Source of the DNA: Candidatus Gribaldobacteria bacterium
GTDB lineage: Bacteria; Patescibacteriota; Minisyncoccia; Minisyncoccales; CG1-02-41-26
Length of the DNA stretch: 39,407 nucleotides
Direction of reading: 5' to 3'
Assembly (NCBI GenBank): GCA_026396705.1
Contig: JAPLWE010000058.1
Location: 1 to 39,407, forward strand
Shown here: positions 26,912-34,329 of the stretch, piece by piece
How the letters are laid out: every line of letters starts with the position of its first letter
Numbering within the stretch: position 1 is the stretch's first letter
Translations under genes and position numbers: made by a program
Notes under the pieces: generated by a model
Seen by the model: only the letters and a program-made list of their open reading frames with translations
Database searches by the model: none
What the model was told of the DNA's origin: nothing

Positions 26912-27727
26912 TTACTTATAAAACACGCGGGAGAACCTCATGTCAATATATTGGAGGTTTTTTCTTTTTTCTTGGGGTAGGCTTTTTTCTATCAACAGGC
27001 TTAAGTTTGTTAGAATGGGCTCAATGTCGCTGGTTAAACTGAAATAAGCTTCCCAGCCCTCTTGGGTTTTAATGGTGAGCTTGTCTTGGCCGTCAGTTAG
27101 GCAATTTTGCGGGGCGATGGCTAATTTTTCTTGAAAAAAACTAATGGCTTGTAAAATCTGCGTCATTTTAGCTGGGTCAATAACTTGGCTGGGTAAAATA
27201 GTTGGAGCTGTTTTGTTTTCTGCAATAATTAAAGGCAGGTTTTTTTCAGTAGTTGTTTGAAAAGCTATACCGGCTTTGTCAATTAAATAACAAATGTCAT
27301 TTTCAGTATAACACCAGACTGCCCGAGGAACTCTTTCTTTTAGTTGTAAGGTTATAGTGTGAGAAAATTGTTTTTTGATAATAACCCCTTCTACTTGTGG
27401 CATTGTTGTTTCTATTTCTTTTTTAAGAGTGGTGGTGTTCAGCAAAAAGAAAGTTTTTTTGATAGATAAAAAAGCTAAATGGTTTTCTAATTTTTGGTTA
27501 ACCAAGTTTTCTATATTTGGGGTTATATCAGTTAAAGCGGCTGGCGATATTATTTTCACTTGGTTAATAGCTAAAAGTGGCGAGAATAATAGTAAATAAG
27601 CCAAAGCCAGAGCCAAGACTATTCCCCAAACAACTAAACGAAATATCTGGTTTTTCCAGAGAGATTCTTTTTTCTTGTATTTAGCCTTGAGGCGACCCGC
27701 TTTTTTTTTAACTCGATATTGGCTCAT
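26912..27727 (-). CDS. ftsQ: Cell division protein FtsQ/DivIB
   Basis: Basic N-terminus, single TM, POTRA-like region, ERVPRAVW, YIDMRF C-terminus. Confidence 0.8.
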   Translation of the reverse strand: MSQYRVKKKAGRLKAKYKKKESLWKNQIFRLVVWGIVLALALAYLLLFSPLLAINQVKIISPAALTDITPNIENLVNQKLENHLAFLSIKKTFFLLNTTTLKKEIETTMPQVEGVIIKKQFSHTITLQLKERVPRAVWCYTENDICYLIDKAGIAFQTTTEKNLPLIIAENKTAPTILPSQVIDPAKMTQILQAISFFQEKLAIAPQNCLTDGQDKLTIKTQEGWEAYFSLTSDIEPILTNLSLLIEKSLPQEKRKNLQYIDMRFSRVFYK

Positions 27728-27745
27728 AATGATTGGTTGATGCGG

Positions 27746-27910
27746 GGCTTGATGTTAGAGGCTCGGAAAGTTGATTTCAAAGAGACGCTCACTCGCTCCG
27801 GCGGCTCGTTCGCTTAGTTTTCGGCCTATTTTCCGCCAGTAAGCGGAACCAAGCAAATAGGCCTCAAAATACTCTTTGAAATTAGTTTCCTCGCCTCTAA
27901 CATGCAAGTC
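27746..27910 (-). mobile_element. Structured palindromic element, copy B
   Basis: ATGTTAGAGGC/GCCTCTAACAT outer stem. 27779-27895 is identical to 30174-30290 (117 bp). Confidence 0.85.
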
Positions 27911-29387
27911 ATACAATGTTTAATAGTGATAGCAAACCGTTAGGTACACGGCTTTCTAATAGGATGATGTCGTTGGGACGGGCAATGGTTTTGATTTTTG
28001 CTAAAATTTGTTCTGGTTTTTCTAGTAATAAAATTTTATTTTCAGCCAGGCCTGCCTCCAAGGCGCCTTGTCTTAATTCTTTGAATCTGTCTTGGGTGGT
28101 GATAATTGCTAAATCGCAAATTTGGCCAATGGCTTGGCCGATTTTATAATGAATATTTTTTGAGGCTTTGCCCAGCTCTATTAAACAGGGCATAACAATA
28201 ATTTTATGCTCTTGTGGCCAAGCAGTTTTTAGATATTCTAAATGGGCCATAATGCTGGCTGGATTGGCTGAATAGGTATAATCAAGTATATTAAGGTCGT
28301 TAATCCCCTGCTTTAAGCTGTGTGAGCGAATCTTTTGGCAAGCCAAAGCGATTTCAGCCATAGTCATACCTAATGTTTTAGCCACAGCTGTAGCCATTAA
28401 AACATTGATAATATTTTGCTTACCAATGAGGTTTATCTCAAATTGCGCTTTGTCGTTATCTTTACTCAAGGCGGTAAAAGAAACTTTTTCTTTTTCTATT
28501 TTTATGTCTTCAGCCCAGATATCCGCCTTTGCTTTAGTTGAGCAGAATATTTTAGATTTCAGCTGTAGATTTGAAAATTGGTAATTGGTAATTGGTAATT
28601 TTTCATCGTCTCCATTTAGTATAGCCGTCCCCTGCTCATTCAGCGACTCTATTAACTCAAATTTTGCTTTAATAATATTTTCTTGCGAGCCAAAACAGGC
28701 CAAATGTTGTTCGTTGATGCCAGTTAACACGCCAATTTGTGGCTCAAGTATAGCGCAAACTTGTTTAATCTTCCCTCGCTGGTAGGCGCCCACTTCAGCT
28801 ATTAAAATTTGATGCTCGGGCTTGAGCTTATTAATAATTGTTTGGGCGATGCCAATTTCTGCGTTGGTGTTTTTTTCGGTTGACAATACTGAAAATTTTT
28901 CTGAAAGCATGGCTAAAAGAAAATCTTTAGTTGATGTTTTGCCATAACTGCCAGTTATAGCGATAACCGTAAGGTTTTTGAATTGTTTCCTTTTGGCTTT
29001 GGCTTTTTTCATCACATAACTTTGCCAAAGCCAAGTGGGAATTTGAAAAATTAAAATAAAGACCGAGCTGATAATTGGCAAGAAAAATAGCCAAAGCAAA
29101 ATCAGCAAGCGGAAAAGGTTGTCAGGCTGGTTGAAAATAAGCCAAAAAAAAGCCCCTTGCGAAAGAAACCAAAGATCGGCTATTAAAATTGTTTTTTTGG
29201 TAGCCAATGGCAACTTAGCGCGATACCAAGAAGCCATTAACTTTTTAATTTTTTGACCCTCAAAATGGGCGCTAAAACGACCCAAGTGATAATTTTTTAA
29301 CTGCCAGAGCCATAGCCAAAACAAAAATATCTTGGCGAAAAATAAATACCAAAAAATAGAGATAATAATTTTAATTATTTGTTCCAT
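27909..29387 (-). CDS. murF: UDP-MurNAc-tripeptide--D-Ala-D-Ala ligase with N-terminal membrane helices
   Basis: ITGSYGKTSTK, AEVGAY, GINEQHL, DYTYSANP, LIELG, ILLESR. Start placed at MEQIIK. Confidence 0.88.
   Translation of the reverse strand: MEQIIKIIISIFWYLFFAKIFLFWLWLWQLKNYHLGRFSAHFEGQKIKKLMASWYRAKLPLATKKTILIADLWFLSQGAFFWLIFNQPDNLFRLLILLWLFFLPIISSVFILIFQIPTWLWQSYVMKKAKAKRKQFKNLTVIAITGSYGKTSTKDFLLAMLSEKFSVLSTEKNTNAEIGIAQTIINKLKPEHQILIAEVGAYQRGKIKQVCAILEPQIGVLTGINEQHLACFGSQENIIKAKFELIESLNEQGTAILNGDDEKLPITNYQFSNLQLKSKIFCSTKAKADIWAEDIKIEKEKVSFTALSKDNDKAQFEINLIGKQNIINVLMATAVAKTLGMTMAEIALACQKIRSHSLKQGINDLNILDYTYSANPASIMAHLEYLKTAWPQEHKIIVMPCLIELGKASKNIHYKIGQAIGQICDLAIITTQDRFKELRQGALEAGLAENKILLLEKPEQILAKIKTIARPNDIILLESRVPNGLLSLLNIV
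28576..28600. repeat. Heptamer tandem repeat (AATTGGT x3.5) inside murF
   Basis: AATTGGT AATTGGT AATTGGT AATT; encodes KLPITNYQF. Confidence 0.75.
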
Positions 29388-30117
29388 GGTTGCTTGTTGA
29401 GCCAATAAAGTTTTTTATTTTCTGGGCTAATTCTTCCGGGCATTGTAAGTGCAGCGAATGGCCATTTTTTGGCAAAACTTCCAGTCGAGAATTTTTTATT
29501 TTTTCTTTCATTAAATAGGCATTTTTAATTGGCGTAAAGGTATCTTTTTTACCCCAAATAATTAAAGTATTTTTGTTGATGGTTGGCAAAAGCCTGGTAA
29601 GATCTTCCTCTAAAGCATTTTTCATTATTTCTTTTTGCAGGGGGTTAGCCTTGAAATAGTCGGTTCTTCGCAAGATATAGCAATAGAAAATTTTTCTAGC
29701 TAGCTCTTTAGCTCCTTGGCTATCTGAAGATTGTTCTTGCACGCCTAATTTTTTAGCCAGCCTAACTATTTTTAATAAAAATCTATCCTTGATTGTCTTT
29801 TTTCTTTTAATGCCCGCGGCCGCCACTAAAATAAGGCCTTTGAGTTTTTCAGGGTTTTTAGCGGCTAGCTTAATAGCAATGCGACCGCCAAACGAATGCC
29901 CCAAAAGATACACCGGCTCACGATAGGCAGTTAATAGATTTTCCAGCCAAGCCACATAGTCGTTAAGATTCCAAGGCCTTGAAAGCTGGTTTTCTGGCTT
30001 AAAGCCGGGCAAGTCCAAAGCCACCACCTTTAGGTCTGGGCCTTCCAGTAGTTCTTTAACTTTTTGCCATTTTTCTTTGGAGCTTTGCCAGCCGTGTAAA
30101 ATGATTAAGGTATCCAT
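29371..30117 (-). CDS. Alpha/beta hydrolase
   Basis: ILHGW, DLPGF, GHSFGG nucleophile elbow, WGKKD, GHSLH. Confidence 0.9.
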   Translation of the reverse strand: MDTLIILHGWQSSKEKWQKVKELLEGPDLKVVALDLPGFKPENQLSRPWNLNDYVAWLENLLTAYREPVYLLGHSFGGRIAIKLAAKNPEKLKGLILVAAAGIKRKKTIKDRFLLKIVRLAKKLGVQEQSSDSQGAKELARKIFYCYILRRTDYFKANPLQKEIMKNALEEDLTRLLPTINKNTLIIWGKKDTFTPIKNAYLMKEKIKNSRLEVLPKNGHSLHLQCPEELAQKIKNFIGSTSNHGTNN

Positions 30118-30135
30118 TGCGTTTTTTTTAATTCA

Positions 30136-30304
30136 AACTTATGTGGTTGTTAGTGGCTCGGAAGACTAATTTTAAAGAGACGCTCACTCGCTCCGGCGGC
30201 TCGTTCGCTTAGTTTTCGGCCTATTTTCCGCCAGTAAGCGGAACCAAGCAAATAGGCCTCAAAATACTCTTTGAAATTAGTTTCCTCGCCCCTAACCAGT
30301 AGTC
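30136..30304 (-). mobile_element. Structured palindromic element, copy C
   Basis: 117-bp core identical to copy B; outer arms diverged but still complementary. Confidence 0.85.
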
Positions 30305-30314
30305 TGCGATAATT

Positions 30315-31565
30315 CTATTTTCTTATCTCTTTCAAACCAAAATACTTCTGTAATACTTTGGGTATTTCAACCGAGCCGTCTTTTTGCTGGTAATTTTCAA
30401 GAATAGCAATAATTGGCCTCATAGAAAAAGCTGTGCCGTTTAAGGTGTGCACAAAGTTTAATTTGCCCTGCTTGTCCTTGTAGCGCACATTGAGCCGTCG
30501 GGCTTGAAAGTCGGTGCAATTGGAAGTGGAGTGGGTTTCGCGGTATTTATCTTGACCAGGCATCCAGGTTTCAATGTCATATTTTTTGGCGGCTGGCGCG
30601 CCCAAGTCGCCGGTGCAAATATCAATTACTTGATAATGTAGGCCTAAGTCGTCCATTAGTTCTTGCTCTATTTCTCGCAAGAATTCGTGCTCTTTTAGCG
30701 AATCTTCTGGTTTACAAAAAACAAACATTTCTATTTTATCAAATTGATGCACCCTTAACATTCCTTTGGTGTCTTTGCCAAAACTGCCTGCCTCTCGCCT
30801 AAAGCAAGTGGAAAAACCAACATAGCGTAAAGGCAAATTCTTTTCGTCAAATGTTTCACCAGCATGCATTGCCCCTAAAGTTTGCTCAGAAGTAGCAGTT
30901 AGATATAAATTATCTTTTTCTAAATGATAGGCCTCTTCGTCGTTTGTTTGCTCTAAATAGCCCATGGCCCAAGCCATTTCTGGCTTTATCATTACAGGCG
31001 GAATTATTGGAATAAAGCCCTTTTTAACTAATTTTTCAAAAGCAAAATTAATTAAAGCAAATTCTAGTAAAACGCCTTGCCGTTTCAAATAGTAAAATCG
31101 GCTACCAGCCACCTTACCAGCTCTCTCAGTGTCAAGAATATCTAACTGCTCCCCTATTTCCCAGTGCTCTTTGGGCTTAAAGTCAAACTTGGGCTTTTCT
31201 TTTATTTTACCAATCCCCTTAACAATATTTTCTGAATCGTCTTTACCCACTGGCACTTCATCAAAAGCCGGGTTGGGAATTTTGCGCATTAAAGCGTCAA
31301 ACTCTGCTTCAACTCCTTTTAAAATTTCTTCTTGGGCCTGAAACTTTTCTTTCAAGGACTTGGCCTGTTCAATAACTTCTGGGCTTGGCGCACCTTTTCC
31401 ACTGAGCTTATTTTGCTCGGCTTTTAGTTGTTCACTTTGGGCAATGATTTCTCGTCTTTTTTTATCAAGCTCTAAAAGCTTGTCCACATCAACTTCTACG
31501 CCTTTATTTTTTGCCCCTTGTTTAACTTTTTCAGGATTCTCGCGAATAAATTTAATATCAAGCAT
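30315..31565 (-). CDS. serS: Serine--tRNA ligase
   Basis: MLDIKFIREN start, ATSEQ, CFRREAG, RVHQFDKIE, SNCTDFQARR, HTLNGTA, ILENYQ. Confidence 0.97.
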   Translation of the reverse strand: MLDIKFIRENPEKVKQGAKNKGVEVDVDKLLELDKKRREIIAQSEQLKAEQNKLSGKGAPSPEVIEQAKSLKEKFQAQEEILKGVEAEFDALMRKIPNPAFDEVPVGKDDSENIVKGIGKIKEKPKFDFKPKEHWEIGEQLDILDTERAGKVAGSRFYYLKRQGVLLEFALINFAFEKLVKKGFIPIIPPVMIKPEMAWAMGYLEQTNDEEAYHLEKDNLYLTATSEQTLGAMHAGETFDEKNLPLRYVGFSTCFRREAGSFGKDTKGMLRVHQFDKIEMFVFCKPEDSLKEHEFLREIEQELMDDLGLHYQVIDICTGDLGAPAAKKYDIETWMPGQDKYRETHSTSNCTDFQARRLNVRYKDKQGKLNFVHTLNGTAFSMRPIIAILENYQQKDGSVEIPKVLQKYFGLKEIRK

Positions 31566-31660
31566 AAATTTAATTTTCTTTATATTACATATTACCACAA
31601 AATCTTTTATAAAAAAATTATGCAAAACTTATAAAAAAGCTTTGCATAAAATTACTAATG

Positions 31661-31984
31661 TTAACCTTGGGAAAAAGTTTGCCATGAATTTAATCCTACA
31701 ACAACCTCTCCTGTCCCTATTCCTAGAGCTTTTACGGCTTTATGAATGTTATCCATTGCCACATTTTGAGCTAAATGAGCTGAGCTTCTTAGTACGCCAA
31801 CAATCGGACTTACTTCAATAACAATTGGGAGATCGTCGGAGATTATGGAAGAATCGTCTGAAAAATGGAAAGCTATTTTTTCTTTCGGCAAAGCTTCGGA
31901 TATTGCAACTTCAACTCTTAGAACTTCTTTTGCGTAACGATGCGTATTTAGATTATAAATTTTCACAAAAACAGTGTAACTCAT
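31661..31984 (-). CDS. Hypothetical protein (107 aa), possible tautomerase-like beta-alpha-beta fold
   Basis: AAGGAGG SD and candidate promoter TTGCTT-N16-TAGTTT (32058-32031). The fold guess comes from the hydrophobic pattern only. Confidence 0.6.
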   Translation of the reverse strand: MSYTVFVKIYNLNTHRYAKEVLRVEVAISEALPKEKIAFHFSDDSSIISDDLPIVIEVSPIVGVLRSSAHLAQNVAMDNIHKAVKALGIGTGEVVVGLNSWQTFSQG

Positions 31985-32088
31985 TTTCTACCTCCTTCTA
32001 CTAAGAACACAATAACTCAATACTGACCTTAAACTACCAAAATTTACAGAAAAAGCAAGTGATAAAGGGCTGAACTTTGCCACTTGTT

Positions 32089-32346
32089 TTAGTTATATAT
32101 ATTATGAAGGCCAACTTCTAAAAATAAAACTTCGGATTGATTGATAAAAATAAATTTAATTCTGTAAGAATAATTAATCCAGAACGCCCAGCATCCACTG
32201 TCTTTTCCTGATAATTTATGAGTTTTCAATGATGGGTCAAATGGATAAACGCGAAAAATCCCTTCTTTTTCTTTGGCCTGTTCTTTGATTTTTTTAGGCA
32301 ATCGTTTATATTGTTTTTCAAACTTTGGCGATACCCTAATAATCAT
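32089..32346 (-). CDS. RelE/YafQ-superfamily type II toxin
   Basis: F.KQYKRL, FDPSLKTHKLSG, WAFWINYSYRIKF, VGLHNIY. Confidence 0.88.
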   Translation of the reverse strand: MIIRVSPKFEKQYKRLPKKIKEQAKEKEGIFRVYPFDPSLKTHKLSGKDSGCWAFWINYSYRIKFIFINQSEVLFLEVGLHNIYN

Positions 32347-32348
32347 AT

Positions 32349-32594
32349 TTAATCTAAATCAGCCAATGACTTTATTGTTTTACATTTACCAGCTTTATAC
32401 TCGGCCACCCCATCTCTAATTAACCAATCCAATTCCTGCGCTTCCTTGCCCTCTAAATGATGTATGGGCACTGCGTTTTCACACAATCTTTTATATTCCC
32501 GCAAAGACAAAATAACCATTCCTTTTTGCCTTAAAATGGTTGCTTTTGACAGGGTTATATTGTCTTTTATCTGGTGTTTTGCCATATGTTTCAT
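32349..32594 (-). CDS. Cognate antitoxin (putative)
   Basis: 81 aa directly upstream of the toxin. VILSLREYKRL (Phd-like) and EYKAGKCKTIKSLADLD tail. Confidence 0.75.
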   Translation of the reverse strand: MKHMAKHQIKDNITLSKATILRQKGMVILSLREYKRLCENAVPIHHLEGKEAQELDWLIRDGVAEYKAGKCKTIKSLADLD

Positions 32595-32602
32595 TCTATT
32601 TA

Positions 32603-32630
32603 ATTATACCTAAAGATCTTTGTTTGTCAA
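32603..32630 (-). promoter_or_regulatory. TA operon promoter with palindromic spacer
   Basis: TTGACA (32630-32625)-N16-TATAAT (32608-32603). The spacer contains the palindrome AAAGATCTTT (32612-32621), a candidate operator. Confidence 0.75.
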
Positions 32631-32694
32631 AATTGCAAAACTTTTTTGGCTCGCCGGCTTCCAGCAGGGTCCTTAATTGTCCTGTGAATAAATT

Positions 32695-34179
32695 CTAATT
32701 AAATTTTTCGGGTGTATTAGGTTTCATCAACGGGAAAATTTGGCACTCTCTAGCGGGTTTATTCATTAAAAAGCTAAAGAGGCGCTCGGACAGGCCAAAA
32801 CCGCAGGTGGGGGGCATGCCATATTCTAAGGCTTCCACAAAATCATGGTCGTTCATTTGGGCTTCCTCGTCGCCGGCTTCTCTTAGCTTTTGTTGTTCAG
32901 TAAAGCGTTCGGCTTGGTCAATGGGGTCGTTGAGCTCGCTATAGCCATTGCCCATTTCACTGCCCGCCAAAATAACTTGGAATTTTTGGGTTATGCTGGG
33001 ATCTTTTTCGTTTCTTTTGGCTAAGGGCGAAAGTTCCACGGGTTGGTTGATCAAAAAACCGGGGCCTGATATTTTTTTGCGGCAATACTTCCACAAATTA
33101 TCAATAGCTCTGTTTTTATTAAAGCCTTTTTTGTCGTATTCAATACCTAACTTTTGTAAGGCTTTTTCAATTTCGCTCAAGCTATCCTCGGCAATATCAA
33201 CGCCGGTATATTTTTGCACAGTTGATTGGTAATCGTATTTTTCCCATTTTTTGGCAAAATCAATGCTATGCTCGCCTATCTGAAATTTCAGAGTGCCAAA
33301 AGTTTTTTTGGCCACGAATTTATACATTTCTTCCACTAATTCCATACCTTGGTTATAGTCAGCGTAGGCCCAGTAAAATTCCATTTGGGTATAGTCCTGC
33401 AAGTGTTCAGCATCCATACCTTCATTGCGAAACTGTCGGCCAATTTCAAAAGTTTTTTCAAAACCAGCCACCATTAGTTTTTTTTGCCACAACTCGCCCA
33501 TAGAAATTCGCAAGAAAATATCAATATCTAGAGCATTATGATGAGTGACAAAAGGCCGAGCATCCGCGCCTCCAGTGGTAACTTCCAATACTGGGGTTTC
33601 TACTTCTAAAAATCCCCTGTCAATTAAAAATTCGCGCATAGTATTCCAAAAAACTGCTCGTTTTTCTATCATTTGCTTAACTTCTGGGTTAAATAAAATA
33701 TCTAAATATCTTTTGCGCAACTTTTCTTCGGTGTCTTGCAAACCATGCCATTTTTCAGGTAAGGGCAAAAGCGCCTTAGCAATAATCTTAAAATCAACAG
33801 CTTCTATGGTTTTTTCTTTGGTTTTACTTTCAATCAAAGCGCCTTTAATCTCTACAAAATCGCCAATATCCATTGTTTCAGTGAAAAACTTAAAACCGCT
33901 CTCCCCTATTTTGTCTTGTCTTAAAATAACTTGGATATTCCCGCTTGGCGAGCCGTCTTGGATATTTAGAAACAGCAAAGCCCCATGGCCTCTTTGGGCC
34001 ATTATGCGGCCAGCCAAAATAATTTCTTTGGCTGATTTTTTGAGCTTGGCAAAATCAGTTAAGGCTTGAGCAATGGCGTGTGTTCTTTGGCTAACAGCCG
34101 GATAAGGATTAAGCCCAGCCATTTCAATTTTGCGCAATTTTTCTAAACGAACTTTACGGATTTCATCAATAGTGCTCAT
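32695..34179 (-). CDS. lysS: Lysine--tRNA ligase (class II)
   Basis: AGRIM, LPEKWHGL, RKRYLD, EVETP, GGADARPF, IGRQFRNEG, NGYSELNDP, ALEYGMPP. Confidence 0.97.
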   Translation of the reverse strand: MSTIDEIRKVRLEKLRKIEMAGLNPYPAVSQRTHAIAQALTDFAKLKKSAKEIILAGRIMAQRGHGALLFLNIQDGSPSGNIQVILRQDKIGESGFKFFTETMDIGDFVEIKGALIESKTKEKTIEAVDFKIIAKALLPLPEKWHGLQDTEEKLRKRYLDILFNPEVKQMIEKRAVFWNTMREFLIDRGFLEVETPVLEVTTGGADARPFVTHHNALDIDIFLRISMGELWQKKLMVAGFEKTFEIGRQFRNEGMDAEHLQDYTQMEFYWAYADYNQGMELVEEMYKFVAKKTFGTLKFQIGEHSIDFAKKWEKYDYQSTVQKYTGVDIAEDSLSEIEKALQKLGIEYDKKGFNKNRAIDNLWKYCRKKISGPGFLINQPVELSPLAKRNEKDPSITQKFQVILAGSEMGNGYSELNDPIDQAERFTEQQKLREAGDEEAQMNDHDFVEALEYGMPPTCGFGLSERLFSFLMNKPARECQIFPLMKPNTPEKFN

Positions 34180-34263
34180 AAATTTATAAATTATTTATTT
34201 ACTTTATCATAAAAATGAGTTATCAACAATTGCAATTATGTTAAAAAGCTTTATAACTAATAC

Positions 34264-34324
34264 GAGGCAGACCTCTTCTATACTGAAAAAACATTTATAA
34301 AAAGATGGTAGAGGTCTGCCCCTC
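34264..34324 (+). promoter_or_regulatory. Stem-loop in the leader of the ATP-grasp operon
   Basis: GGCAGACCTCT (34266-34276) and AGAGGTCTGCC (34310-34320), extendable, ending 5-9 nt before the ATG. Confidence 0.6.
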
Positions 34325-34329
34325 AATAT

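Noticed and set aside
27746..30304. CRISPR array or attL/attR prophage ends
   Set aside because: The repeats are long, few and dispersed with no spacers, cas genes or integrase. The enclosed genes are housekeeping.
32641..32672. GC-rich patch downstream of lysS as a terminator or element remnant
   Set aside because: No convincing stem and no clear alignment to the repeat family.
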